DNA of 63,954 bases, filler included, from Acidimicrobiia bacterium (lineage in GTDB: Bacteria; Actinomycetota; Acidimicrobiia; Spongiisociales; JAENVV01), in the NCBI GenBank assembly GCA_041577335.1. It is 3 parts of 3 records of this genome, joined end to end, with 100 filler letters (N's around TTAATTAATTAA, not from the genome) between each part and the next. Parts side by side here need not be neighbours in the genome. Positions count along the whole stretch, not along the records: positions 28,682 to 55,215 come from JBFGJH010000044.1; positions 55,316 to 63,954 come from JBFGJH010000091.1; 1 more part is not named here. One strand, given 5' to 3'. The notes beneath the pieces are model-generated. The model was not told where the DNA came from and did no database searches. It saw nothing but the letters and a program-made list of their open reading frames with translations. Numbering within the stretch: position 1 is the stretch's first letter; every line of letters begins with the position of its first letter. The translations under genes were made by a program, and so were the position numbers. This document shows, piece after piece, positions 47,133-56,658 of the stretch.

Positions 47133-48954
47133 ACGCCACGCCACCGATCATGGGATCTATGGCTCGCCGGGCGATGTCTCACCCTGGGACTACCGGTTCG
47201 ACGCGGGCAATCGGGCTCATCTCGACGTTCGGCCCGACGGTCTGGGCCGCGTGCGCATCTGGACGGAGCCCGGCCTCTCGGATGGCCGCCTCGTCGTCCG
47301 GGCCGGCAACCTCGTGGAGTCCCAGCGGCTCGTGGCGATGGCGGCGACGCGACGGTTCACTTTCTGGGAGACGGAGTACGCCGATTTGGCCAACGCCGAA
47401 TTCACGTTCGCATTCAGGTCTCCGGCCGGACGGGCGGTCTACATCGTTCCCTCTGGGGTGACCAACGCCGTCGAGCGAATCGACCGGTTCATCGCGCCGG
47501 AGAGCGATGGATTCGCCACACCCGAATGGGCTCACGGCGCCGTGATCTACCAGATCTTCCCCGACCGCTTCGCACGGGCCGCCCCACCGGCGGAGGGCTT
47601 GGCGACCTGGGGCGGCCCTCCTCATTCGCGGGAGTTCCAGGGCGGTGATCTCGATGGCATCGCCTCCAAACTCGACCATCTGGACGAACTCGGTGTCGAC
47701 ATGCTCTATCTCAATCCCATCTTCGCGTCACCATCGAACCATCGCTACGACACCGTCGACTACTACTCGGTGGACCCGATGCTCGGTGGCACGGCTGCCC
47801 TGGATCGGCTGATCGAACAAGTCCACAGGCGCAACATACGGATCATCCTCGACGCTTCCTTCAACCATGTGCACCCACACTTCTTTGCCTTCGAAGACCT
47901 GCTGGCCCGGGGGCAAGATTCGGCGTACCGCGATTGGTTCGTGGTTCATGACTGGCCCCTGCAAGTCCGCTACCGGCCCGAACACGGCTCGTGGGTCAAC
48001 GAGTGGGTGCCCTATTGGCGCCGCCAGCTCGGTGTGCCCATCCGCCGGGCGCGCACACGGGGCCCGGTGGTCGAGCCAACCTATGACGCGTGGTACGGAG
48101 TGCCTTCGATGCCGCGGGTCAATCTGGCCAACGCCGACGCCCGCTCGTACATGTTGGATGTTGCCAGGTATTGGGTCGAGGAGCATGACATCGATGGTTG
48201 GCGCATGGATGTCGCCCGCTACGTCGATCCGGATTTCTGGGATGACTTTCGCAACGTGGTCAAGAGCGCCAAGTCGGACGCTTACTTGATCGGCGAGATC
48301 ATGGGTGACGCTTCGGCCTGGCTGACAGGAGGACGCTTCGACGCCACCATGAACTACACGTTCCGGGACCTGGCGTTGGCGTTTCTCGCACACGACCAAA
48401 TCGATGGGCCGACCGCCCTCGACGGCTTGACCCGGCTGTGGGGCCAACACTCTTGGGAGGTGACCCTCGCCAACCAGAATCTCCTGGACAGCCATGACAC
48501 GAGCCGATTCCTCACGGAGGCCGGCGGAGATCAGGCTCGTCTCGAGTTGGCAGTTCTTCTGCAGATGACTTACCCAGGAGCGCCCGGGATCTACTACGGC
48601 AACGAAGTTGGCTTGGAAGGTGGAGAAGACCCTGCCTGCCGGGCGGCCTTTCCTTGGGACATTGCGCCTGAGCGACACCCCATGTTCCGGACGTTCGCGG
48701 ACCTCGCGGCCTTGCGACGGGACAATCCCTGCCTTCGCCACGGGAGTTGGCGTCCATTGGGAGCAGGCAACGGATGGCTCGCGTACATGCGAGAGTTGAA
48801 TGGTGACCGACTGGCAACGATCATCAATCGCTCGAGAAGGCCGGCGACGGTCGAGCTCCCTCGGACGGCCAAGCGCGTGTTGTGGGGAGACCCCGTGACC
48901 ACCGGCAAGACGGTCAAGGTCACAGGCCGAAGCGGAGCCGTTCTCCGGACATGA
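47116..48954 (+). CDS. GH13 neopullulanase/cyclomaltodextrinase-like glycosidase
   Basis: YQIFPDRF, GGDLDGI, YLNPIF, DASFNH, GWRMDVA, IGEI, LLDSHD. Start uncertain. Confidence 0.92.
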   Translation: MPSKAERHATDHGIYGSPGDVSPWDYRFDAGNRAHLDVRPDGLGRVRIWTEPGLSDGRLVVRAGNLVESQRLVAMAATRRFTFWETEYADLANAEFTFAFRSPAGRAVYIVPSGVTNAVERIDRFIAPESDGFATPEWAHGAVIYQIFPDRFARAAPPAEGLATWGGPPHSREFQGGDLDGIASKLDHLDELGVDMLYLNPIFASPSNHRYDTVDYYSVDPMLGGTAALDRLIEQVHRRNIRIILDASFNHVHPHFFAFEDLLARGQDSAYRDWFVVHDWPLQVRYRPEHGSWVNEWVPYWRRQLGVPIRRARTRGPVVEPTYDAWYGVPSMPRVNLANADARSYMLDVARYWVEEHDIDGWRMDVARYVDPDFWDDFRNVVKSAKSDAYLIGEIMGDASAWLTGGRFDATMNYTFRDLALAFLAHDQIDGPTALDGLTRLWGQHSWEVTLANQNLLDSHDTSRFLTEAGGDQARLELAVLLQMTYPGAPGIYYGNEVGLEGGEDPACRAAFPWDIAPERHPMFRTFADLAALRRDNPCLRHGSWRPLGAGNGWLAYMRELNGDRLATIINRSRRPATVELPRTAKRVLWGDPVTTGKTVKVTGRSGAVLRT

Positions 48955-51938
48955 GGGACTTCGATCAACGCCTGCGACGCATTCTCGTGTTGGCCATGGT
49001 CTTCGCCGCGCTCCTGGCGGCATGCACGTCGACCGGGTCAACGACATCGAGCAGCTCTGGGGTGCCGAGTTCGCCGTCAACCTCGTCGTTGGAACCCGCC
49101 CCGGCCACCGATAACACAGACCCCGGGTTCTACGTGAACTTGATGTGGCATCAGCACCAACCCTTTTACCCCAAGGACGCCGACGGCGTCTACACCCGGC
49201 CGTGGGTGCGGTTGCATGCCACCAAGGACTACTACGACATGGCCGCGCTCGTCGCCGAGTATCCCGACGTCCACGTGACCTTCAACCTCACCCCGGTGCT
49301 GCTCATGCAGCTCGAAGACCTGGCTGGCGGCGCCAAAGACATCTACTGGGTGAAGGCCGAGATCCCCGGCGAACGCCTGTCCGATAAAGACAAGCGCTTC
49401 ATCGTCGAGCGGTTCTTCGACACGAACCCCGGCATCGTCCAACGTTTCCCGCGCTACCAACAGCTCGCCGACTCCCGGGCGGATCTCGGGAACGACAGAG
49501 CCGCCGCCGAATGGACTGCAAACGATTTTCGCGACTTGCAGATCCTCTTCAACCTGGCGTGGACCGATCCCAGCTTCCTGGCTGTCGAGCCGCTCTCCGC
49601 ACTAGTCGCCAAAGGCAGGCAGTTCGATGAGGCCGACAAAGTGATCTTGTTCGACGAGCATCGCCGCATCATCGAGGCGGTCATTCCACTTCATGCAGAG
49701 CTTTGGGACGAAGGACAGATCGAGGTCACCACTACCCCTCTGGCCCACCCGATCCTGCCGTTGATCTCGGACACGAACCTGGCATCCGTCGGTGACCCGA
49801 GTGCCGTTTTGCCATCGGAACGTTTCCGGGAGATCCCCGATGCCGACCAGCAGGTCATTCGCGGGCTGGACACGGCCGAGCGTCTCCTCGGACGGCGACC
49901 AGTGGGCATGTGGCCCGGCGAAGGCTCGGTCGCCCAGCTGGTCATGTCGCTCTTCTCCAAGAATGGTGTCGAGTGGGTCGCCTCGGGGGAAGAAGTCCTG
50001 GCCAAGTCGGTCGGGCTCGGGTCGTTCACCCGCGACAGCAGCGACACCGTGGACCAACCAGAAACGCTCTACCGTCCATGGCAGGCCACCCTGAACCGCA
50101 ACGACCCGGTGCCCATGTTCTTCCGGGACGGATTGCTCTCCGACCTGGTCGGCTTCGAGTACTCCGGAATGGGCGGTGCTGCCGCCGCCGCCGACCTGAT
50201 GGGACGACTTGCCGATATCAAGGAGGCTCTGCATGAGCAGGGCTCCGCCCTCAATGGCTCTCCTGCCATTGTGTCGATCATCCTCGACGGCGAGAACGCT
50301 TGGGAGCACTACGACAACGATGGCATCGACTTTCTCAACGCTCTCTATGCAAGCCTGCAGGAGGCCGATTGGGTCGGCACGCTCACACCGTCGGAGTACC
50401 TCGAGCGATTCGGCGAGCCCGAGCCGCTCGATGAAGTCTGGCCGGGCGCTTGGTTCCAGCCCAACTTCGCCACCTGGATCGGGGAGGACGAGGAAGCCAA
50501 GGCGTGGGACTACCTCGCGGCCGTGCGCGGGGACCTCAAGGACGCCGAAAGGTCCGGGGCATACTCCGACGAGGTCCTCTCCGCCGCGTTGGACCGAATG
50601 TTGCTCGCTGAGGGTTCCGACTGGTTCTGGTGGTACGGATCAGATCAGGACTCGGGCAACGACGACTACTTCGACGGCGCGTTCCGAGAGCTGCTCGGCC
50701 AGGTGTACGACGCGTTGGGCGAACCAAGGCCGGATTTCGTCGATGTGCCGATCATTCCTCAGACGCCGGTGATGGTCGACAGTCAATCCGAAGGCTCCGG
50801 GAGCCTCGGTGACTCGTTCCCGGGCGGCCTGCGATGGACGGTAGATCGCGAGGCCATCACGATTTTCGTTGGGCAAAACGAACCTTTCGAACTCCTGCTC
50901 GGTGTCGGAACGGGAGAGACTTTTGCCCGATCGACAGACGGCCTCATACTCGGTTTCGGAGGTACGGACGTGGTCACGTGGGACGGTGCAACCGCCCTCT
51001 GGTGCCCGTCGCTGGATACCTCGAGTGCCGACTGTGTCCCCCTCGCAACGGAGAATCGGGGAGGCGTCGAGGTCACGGTTCCCCTGGATCTCCTCGCGCC
51101 GATCGACTCGGGAGACGTCATCTCGATGAAAGTCGCTACGGCGGGTCGGCTGGTGCCCGAATCCGGCCCCGTGCCGATTCAGATCCCCGATATCTCGAAC
51201 GTTGCAGTGGCCTTGCGAATCGAAGATCCCACCGGCGATGACCATGGGCCCGGCTCATACACCTACCCCACCGATTCGGTGTTCACAGCGGGCGCGTACG
51301 ACCTGACGCTCGTCGAAGTCGGAACCGAGGACGACGACGTCGTGGTGACCTTCGAGGTCGCTGCTCCCATCCTGAACCCGTGGGACAGCCCACGGGGCCT
51401 ATCGATCCAGACGTTCGATCTGTACGTCGATGTCGATCCCGGAGCGAGTACGGGCCAACGAGCCCTCATCGACGGAAGGAATGCTGCGCTGGGGGTTGGC
51501 AACGGGTGGGAGTACGCGATCACGATCGAGGGATGGGAACCCGCGATCTATGTGGCCAAATCTGACGGCTCGGTTGAAGAAACTCGCCCTTCGTTCGACG
51601 TGGTGGTCTTCGCAGACAAGGGACGCATGGTGGCCCGCATCCCGGCTGAGCTTCTCGGTCGGTCCGACCCGGCTGGTTGGGGCGTATCAGCCGTGGTGAT
51701 GAGCCAGGAAGGGTTTCCGTCGAGTGGAGTGCGTCGCATTCGCGACGTCGAGCAGACGGCCCAGCAGTGGCGGATCGGCGGAGGCGATGGGTCGGTCAAC
51801 CAAACCCGCATTCTCGACCTCGCCTGGCCAGAGGAGGGCGTCCAGGAGATCTCCCTTTCGGAGCTGCCCACCGCCGGCGGGCTCGACGATTTGACTCCCG
51901 ACGACTACGCCACCGTTCCGGTCTTCACCAGCGGATAA
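48951..51938 (+). CDS. GH57 amylopullulanase-like lipoprotein with C-terminal glucodextranase/DOMON-like domain
   Basis: Lipobox LAAC; WHQHQP, PWVRLH, MWPGEGSV, ILDGENAWE, AEGSDWFWW; DPTGDDHGPGSYTYPT; ATGA overlap. Confidence 0.92.
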   Translation: MRDFDQRLRRILVLAMVFAALLAACTSTGSTTSSSSGVPSSPSTSSLEPAPATDNTDPGFYVNLMWHQHQPFYPKDADGVYTRPWVRLHATKDYYDMAALVAEYPDVHVTFNLTPVLLMQLEDLAGGAKDIYWVKAEIPGERLSDKDKRFIVERFFDTNPGIVQRFPRYQQLADSRADLGNDRAAAEWTANDFRDLQILFNLAWTDPSFLAVEPLSALVAKGRQFDEADKVILFDEHRRIIEAVIPLHAELWDEGQIEVTTTPLAHPILPLISDTNLASVGDPSAVLPSERFREIPDADQQVIRGLDTAERLLGRRPVGMWPGEGSVAQLVMSLFSKNGVEWVASGEEVLAKSVGLGSFTRDSSDTVDQPETLYRPWQATLNRNDPVPMFFRDGLLSDLVGFEYSGMGGAAAAADLMGRLADIKEALHEQGSALNGSPAIVSIILDGENAWEHYDNDGIDFLNALYASLQEADWVGTLTPSEYLERFGEPEPLDEVWPGAWFQPNFATWIGEDEEAKAWDYLAAVRGDLKDAERSGAYSDEVLSAALDRMLLAEGSDWFWWYGSDQDSGNDDYFDGAFRELLGQVYDALGEPRPDFVDVPIIPQTPVMVDSQSEGSGSLGDSFPGGLRWTVDREAITIFVGQNEPFELLLGVGTGETFARSTDGLILGFGGTDVVTWDGATALWCPSLDTSSADCVPLATENRGGVEVTVPLDLLAPIDSGDVISMKVATAGRLVPESGPVPIQIPDISNVAVALRIEDPTGDDHGPGSYTYPTDSVFTAGAYDLTLVEVGTEDDDVVVTFEVAAPILNPWDSPRGLSIQTFDLYVDVDPGASTGQRALIDGRNAALGVGNGWEYAITIEGWEPAIYVAKSDGSVEETRPSFDVVVFADKGRMVARIPAELLGRSDPAGWGVSAVVMSQEGFPSSGVRRIRDVEQTAQQWRIGGGDGSVNQTRILDLAWPEEGVQEISLSELPTAGGLDDLTPDDYATVPVFTSG

Positions 51939-52127
51939 TCGCGGCCCAGGCCACGAACCGAGTCGCCACGAGCAAAGGCGAGCCCGAGGGAGCACGCGTG
52001 GCCAGCCCAACCATGCGTCGGAAGCCACGTACGTTCCCCGGGCCCGCCCTCCCCAACGCCTGCTTCGCTCACCGAGCGGAGATCGAAGCGGCAGCAGCGC
52101 GAGGACTGTGCTCTCTGAGTCGTTCGT

Positions 52128-52643
52128 TCAGATGAAGATGACCTGAGCGCCCTCCGAGATCTCCATGAAGTCCGATGCCGAGATGATGCCTTCGACCCGG
52201 TCGTACAGCTCGTCCTCGCCGATGTGCATCATGTCGGCTGACATGCGGCAAGCCCACAAATGACCGCCGGCGTCGCTGATCATCTCCATGAACTCCGGCA
52301 CGTCGGGGATGTCGATACCCTCGATCTGCTTCTTCATCATGTGGGTTGCGAAAGCTGTCATTCCCGGCAAACCCATCAACATGGTCGGCATATGGGTGGC
52401 GGGGTTTCCCACCGGGGTGAACTTCAGGTGACCCATGGTCTCCTTGTTGATCATGTCGAAGCCCCAGAATGTGAAAAAGAGATGCGTTTCGATCCCTTCT
52501 CCCAAGGCTGCGTTCGCCAAGACCAATCCGGGGTACGCCATATCCAGCGAGCCTTTGGAGCAGATGATCATGAGCTTGCGCTCGGTTTCATCCTCGTCGC
52601 CAAACGCCGGAAGCGGTGCTTCCTGTTTTTCCATGAGAGTCAT
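52128..52643 (-). CDS. DsrE2-type (DsrE/DsrF/DrsH-like) sulfurtransferase
   Basis: IICSKGSLDMAYPGLVLANAA, LFFTFWG, LWACRMSADM. Confidence 0.88.
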   Translation of the reverse strand: MTLMEKQEAPLPAFGDEDETERKLMIICSKGSLDMAYPGLVLANAALGEGIETHLFFTFWGFDMINKETMGHLKFTPVGNPATHMPTMLMGLPGMTAFATHMMKKQIEGIDIPDVPEFMEMISDAGGHLWACRMSADMMHIGEDELYDRVEGIISASDFMEISEGAQVIFI

Positions 52644-52661
52644 GCGTTGACGCTCCTTTCG

Positions 52662-52976
52662 TTATACGCAGCCGGCTGGCTTCGGAAGCCCAGCGATGTA
52701 CGCCATCTTCTTGGCTGGTTTCTTGGGGAACAGGGTGAACAGCTCCTTGGTGGGAATCGCCGCCGAGGTGCTCACCCGGCGCAGCGTGGGGGTGACCCCT
52801 TGCTCGGTGAAGTCAGAGCGCAGGAACCGGATTGCTTCCCAGTGGCGCGGGGTCATCTCAACGCCGATCCGCTCCGCCAGGTAGGCCCCGAGTTCCTCGT
52901 CCCATTCGTCGTATTCGGTGAGAAAGCCTTCGTCATCGACGTGGACTTCTCGGTCCATCAGTGTTGCAGTAGCCAT
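52662..52976 (-). CDS. tusE: TusE/DsrC family sulfur relay protein (single C-terminal Cys)
   Basis: VDDEGFL, HWEAIRFLR, LFTLFPKKPAKKMAYIAGLPKPAGCV. Confidence 0.88.
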   Translation of the reverse strand: MATATLMDREVHVDDEGFLTEYDEWDEELGAYLAERIGVEMTPRHWEAIRFLRSDFTEQGVTPTLRRVSTSAAIPTKELFTLFPKKPAKKMAYIAGLPKPAGCV

Positions 52977-54223
52977 CAGCTCTCCTTCAAGAGTTCAGTT
53001 TTCTTACCTACCAGGGTCATGTCATGGGGCAGTGGAAGTGGCGTCCCCGGCAGCAGGAGATGCCAATACATCCACCGAAAGGCCAGCTTGCCGAAGTGGT
53101 TGAGCTCCGACTCCTTCAGCAGGCTGAATGGGCCGATGCCCGGGACCGGGTACTTCCCGGGCAGCGGCTCGGTGTCGTAGTTGAAGTCGATGAGCATGCC
53201 CTTGCCGTCGCCGGTCTCGATGAAACAGTTGGCGTGTCCGTCGTAGGAGTGCGTCATCTTCTTTCCGGCTATGAGTTGCTTGAAGTTCTCTTCAAACACA
53301 TCCACCGAGAAGTGGGCAACCGAACCGGCCTTCGACGTCGGCAGATCGGCCGCGTCTCCGATAGCGAACAGGTTGGGGTACTCCGCCGACTGGAAGGTGT
53401 GCTTGTCGACTGGCACGTAGTTGAGCTCGTTGCCGAGACCACTCTTGGCGATGAAGTCGGCGCCCATGTTCAACGGGACGGTGACCAGCAAGTCGAATGG
53501 GATTTCCCGTTCGTCGTAGGACACGATCGCCTTCTTGTCCGAGTCGACGCTCTCGATGTAGAAATCAGATTCGAGAGCGATCTCTCGGTCGTCGAGCATC
53601 GATCCGAGCAGGTTGGATGCGATCGGTTTCGTGAATGCTCCCGACAGCGGCGTGACATAAATCAGCTCCACCTTGTCGCGGATGCCCTTCTTGCGGAAGT
53701 GGTCGTCTGCCAGGAAGGCAAACTCGAGCGGAGCAACCGGGCACTTGATCGGCATCTCCGTGATATGCACGACGAGTCGGCCGCCTTCGAAGTCGGCCAT
53801 TCTGGCTGCGAGCGCCGCCGAACCGTCCATCGTGTAGAACTCGTGTACCGACTTGCGCCATTCCGGCCCCAACATCCCGGGCGTTTCTGCGGGACGCGGC
53901 GACGTGCCGGTGGCCACCACGAGATAGTCGTACGACACCTCCGTGCCGTCGGCGAGGGTCACCGAGTTGTTGGGAGCATCGATCAACTCGACGGCCTGCT
54001 CGACGAACTCGACGCCGTCGACGAAATGTTCGTCGCGTGCCTTGGTGATCTCGTCCGGGTCATTGCGGCCGAACGGCACAAACAGATAGCCGGGCTGATA
54101 GTGGTGACGGTTGGTCTCATCGACGACCATCACCGACCAATCCGCGGTCGGCAAGCTGTGACGCAGCTTGTTGGCGATCATCGTTCCCGCGGTTCCACCG
54201 CCGAGAATGAGGAGACGTTGCAT
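52976..54223 (-). CDS. sqr: Sulfide:quinone oxidoreductase-like flavoprotein (type III-like)
   Basis: ILGGGTAG, HHYQPGYLF, YDYLVVATG, IKCPVAPLE, FAIGDA, SKAGSVAH, ANCFIETG; AAGGAG RBS before ATG 54223. Confidence 0.85.
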   Translation of the reverse strand: MQRLLILGGGTAGTMIANKLRHSLPTADWSVMVVDETNRHHYQPGYLFVPFGRNDPDEITKARDEHFVDGVEFVEQAVELIDAPNNSVTLADGTEVSYDYLVVATGTSPRPAETPGMLGPEWRKSVHEFYTMDGSAALAARMADFEGGRLVVHITEMPIKCPVAPLEFAFLADDHFRKKGIRDKVELIYVTPLSGAFTKPIASNLLGSMLDDREIALESDFYIESVDSDKKAIVSYDEREIPFDLLVTVPLNMGADFIAKSGLGNELNYVPVDKHTFQSAEYPNLFAIGDAADLPTSKAGSVAHFSVDVFEENFKQLIAGKKMTHSYDGHANCFIETGDGKGMLIDFNYDTEPLPGKYPVPGIGPFSLLKESELNHFGKLAFRWMYWHLLLPGTPLPLPHDMTLVGKKTELLKES

Positions 54224-54250
54224 GGTTGGGCTCCTTATTACGTTCGGCCG

Positions 54251-54274
54251 GGAATATATGCGATATTCCGCATA
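54251..54274. promoter_or_regulatory. Overlapping palindromes upstream of sqr (candidate operator)
   Basis: GGAATAT-ATGCG-ATATTCC (54251-54269) and TATGCG-ATATTC-CGCATA (54257-54274), AT-rich within GC-rich DNA. Confidence 0.6.
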
Positions 54275-54425
54275 CAAGCCAGGGTCGAAAGTCCCACGAG
54301 CCCGCCAGAAGTCCTTACCGGGCACCGGATCACCGACCCGCTGAGCGCGGCTCCTCAGATGGTTTCGAGGTCGCTAATTCCGCTCGACGTGGATATCTGT
54401 CGTCTGCCGGCCTTTGGCCGGCGGC

Positions 54426-55214
54426 TCACCCTCCGAGCGCGCGGCGCAGGAACGCTGCCATCTGAGCTCGCGTCACCAAATCCCCCGGACAGAACTCATT
54501 GTTCGCAGGAGGGTTGCAGCCGAGCGTCACGCCGGCGGTGGCGAGTCGATCGATGTCTGCTTCGAACACGCTGTTGTCATCGTCGATGAAGAGATCGCCT
54601 CCGCCGTCGTCGACGTAGCCGAGAGCCCGCACCAAGAAGGCGGCCATCTGCGCACGCAGGACGTGATCGGCCGGGCAGTACCTCTGATCGGCGCAGCCAG
54701 TCGTGACTTCTGCATGGGCAAGACGATCGATGTCTGCTTCGAACACGCTGTTGTCATCGTCGATGAAGTGATCCATGCCGCCGCCGGCGGAATAGTCGAG
54801 CGCCCTGCCGAGGAACGCTGCCATCTGCGCCCGGGTCACCGGGTCACCCGGGCAGAACATGTCGTTGTCGGGCGGGTTACACCCATTGGTTATGCCCTTG
54901 TCGTTGAGCCACTCGATGTCGGCAAAGAACGGGTGGGTCAATGGAACGTCGGCAAAACTGTCGTATTCGGGGACCGTTGGTGGTGGAGGCTCCCCGGGTG
55001 TCGTTGTTGAGGGTGTCGTGTCGCCGGGCGTTGTGGTACTCGGTGTGGTCGTGGTGGTCGTTCCCCCACCGGATCCGCCGTAGAAGGGGTCGTTGCCCAT
55101 CTCGATCCAGGCATTGAGGGCGGCCGTGCTCGAACCGACCGGCCACAAACAATTGGGATAGCTGTCATCGATGACGTTGAACCACGACACCGCCTCGAAC
55201 TGCTCCCAGCCCGG
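54426..55214 (-). CDS. S-layer homology (SLH) domain protein, 5' truncated by the gap
   Basis: Three repeats of F.D...F.ADI..L...G.T.GC...(F/Y)CP...V.RAQMAAFL after a Thr/Pro linker. The preceding AVSWFN...WPV resembles a GH26-like C-terminus (weak). Confidence 0.88.
   Translation of the reverse strand, partial: PGWEQFEAVSWFNVIDDSYPNCLWPVGSSTAALNAWIEMGNDPFYGGSGGGTTTTTTPSTTTPGDTTPSTTTPGEPPPPTVPEYDSFADVPLTHPFFADIEWLNDKGITNGCNPPDNDMFCPGDPVTRAQMAAFLGRALDYSAGGGMDHFIDDDNSVFEADIDRLAHAEVTTGCADQRYCPADHVLRAQMAAFLVRALGYVDDGGGDLFIDDDNSVFEADIDRLATAGVTLGCNPPANNEFCPGDLVTRAQMAAFLRRALGG
54547..54768. repeat. Identical 45-nt repeat within the SLH repeats
   Basis: cgatcgatgtctgcttcgaacacgctgttgtcatcgtcgatgaag at 54547-54591 and 54724-54768. 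Confidence 0.9.
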
Positions 55215-55215
55215 C

Positions 55216-55315
55216 NNNNNNNNNNNNNNNNNNNNNNNNNNNNNNNNNNNNNNNNNNNNTTAATTAATTAANNNNNNNNNNNNNNNNNNNNNNNNNNNNN
55301 NNNNNNNNNNNNNNN
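55216..55315. other. Artificial contig spacer (N run with TTAATTAATTAA)
   Basis: 100-nt N block with the linker at 55260-55271. Confidence 0.98.
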
Positions 55316-55435
55316 AAGCCGTAGAAGCCCCGGCCCCCGATTTGATTCGATCCGGTGTCTGATGACGCCGGCCGCCGCGACGCAGGTTGTCGAGCCAGAG
55401 ATTTCGCAGACTCTGACTCTCACCGGCTAGAGGGC

Positions 55436-56002
55436 TCAGTGCGCTCCTCGGGCGCAGGTGCACGCAGGGCTGGTGTCGTCTGATGGAAGCGAATGGAGAA
55501 CAACCGCTACCACCATCGGGATGAAGACCAGCAGGTTGTAGAGCAAGTGCAGCTCGGCGCGGGGCACCCACACCTGGCCGACGCTGACGGGGCCGCTCGA
55601 GTGGAACAGATTCGAGCCGATCAGGACCTGGCCTTGAAGGAGCGAGTGTTCGATGAAGTGCCATGTCTGGATTGCCAGCGATGCGTACCACCATTTGGCG
55701 GCCGCGCCTGAGAACCCCGGAGCTAGGGCGATGAGTCCCACCCACATGAAGAGCGCGAAACCGAAATGCATGACCTCGCTCGTGACCAGCCACGGCAGAA
55801 ACATGCCGACCAATCCGAGCGAGTCCGGACGTGGGAGGTCGAGGATCCAAATCTGATAGGCCTGGAATATGTGCTCGAGCCAATGGGCAAGTACCACCGC
55901 GGTGTAGAGCCACAGAGCCTTTTCGTGCCACCGTGTGTTGAGCTGGGATACCAGACTGTTCGGATAGGCCGGCTCCGCCTTTCGCAGGTCGATCAACGTC
56001 AT
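55436..56002 (-). CDS. 4-TM membrane protein with twin HxxEH/ExxH motifs
   Basis: HWLEH...EVMH and HFIEH...AELH; GGGAGG RBS. Confidence 0.82.
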   Translation of the reverse strand: MTLIDLRKAEPAYPNSLVSQLNTRWHEKALWLYTAVVLAHWLEHIFQAYQIWILDLPRPDSLGLVGMFLPWLVTSEVMHFGFALFMWVGLIALAPGFSGAAAKWWYASLAIQTWHFIEHSLLQGQVLIGSNLFHSSGPVSVGQVWVPRAELHLLYNLLVFIPMVVAVVLHSLPSDDTSPACTCARGAH

Positions 56003-56017
56003 TCTTTCTTCCTCCCT

Positions 56018-56581
56018 TTACTGACTAACCATGACCGGCGCGCTGAAGACGCGAGCCCGCCGCTGCCACAACCACATGACAAACCAAAGCCCCGGAACGG
56101 TGATGACGATGAGCGTCGCCTGGAAGTACCAGGGTGTCGCCATCTCGTCGATGGCGATTGCCTGCTCAACATGCTGGCCGGCGTTGGTGGTCCATGAGAT
56201 GATCAGTGTGTCACCGAGCTGAGAGTCGAACTGGACGGTCCACGCGCTCGCAGACGCCAGTAGCTCATCGATGTGGCGACGCAGACCATCGGCACCTACG
56301 ACCCAGAGCTCTGGGTCGGTGGCGGCGCCCTCGGACTCGATTGCGGCGCTGGCGCGAACCGACCGGTTGTCGTCGAATCCGCTGTCGTATTCGATCCACA
56401 GCGACACCCGATAGGGCCCAGCCTGCTCGCCGATCACCGCCGGCACCGAACCATGGACCCCATGTGCTCCGGCCGGTATCGCCCCAAGCATCATGGCGGC
56501 CGTGAGAAGGATTGATGTACCCCAGCGCCGCAAAACCCCAAACCCCCCGGTTACTCCCGTTTCCTGAAAGGAGCGTCTCAC
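56018..56581 (-). CDS. Exported protein with signal peptide and C-terminal TM anchor
   Basis: ILLTAAMMLGAIPAGA|HGVHG; EQAGPYRVSLW; C-terminal TM then RRAR. Start uncertain. Confidence 0.7.
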   Translation of the reverse strand: MRRSFQETGVTGGFGVLRRWGTSILLTAAMMLGAIPAGAHGVHGSVPAVIGEQAGPYRVSLWIEYDSGFDDNRSVRASAAIESEGAATDPELWVVGADGLRRHIDELLASASAWTVQFDSQLGDTLIISWTTNAGQHVEQAIAIDEMATPWYFQATLIVITVPGLWFVMWLWQRRARVFSAPVMVSQ

Positions 56582-56658
56582 ATCGCCGGGTCCATGGCTA
56601 TGCGGTATCGACCAGCTGAGCGGTGGGTACTGGCGTCACCCGGACTGGGGTGTTGACG

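Noticed and set aside
51939..52127. Recurrent gccacg words and weak stems between convergent genes
   Set aside because: Short, irregularly spaced and compatible with chance in GC-rich DNA.
52662..52976. DsrC as evidence of dissimilatory sulfite reduction
   Set aside because: It lacks the second conserved Cys, and no dsrAB is present in the window.
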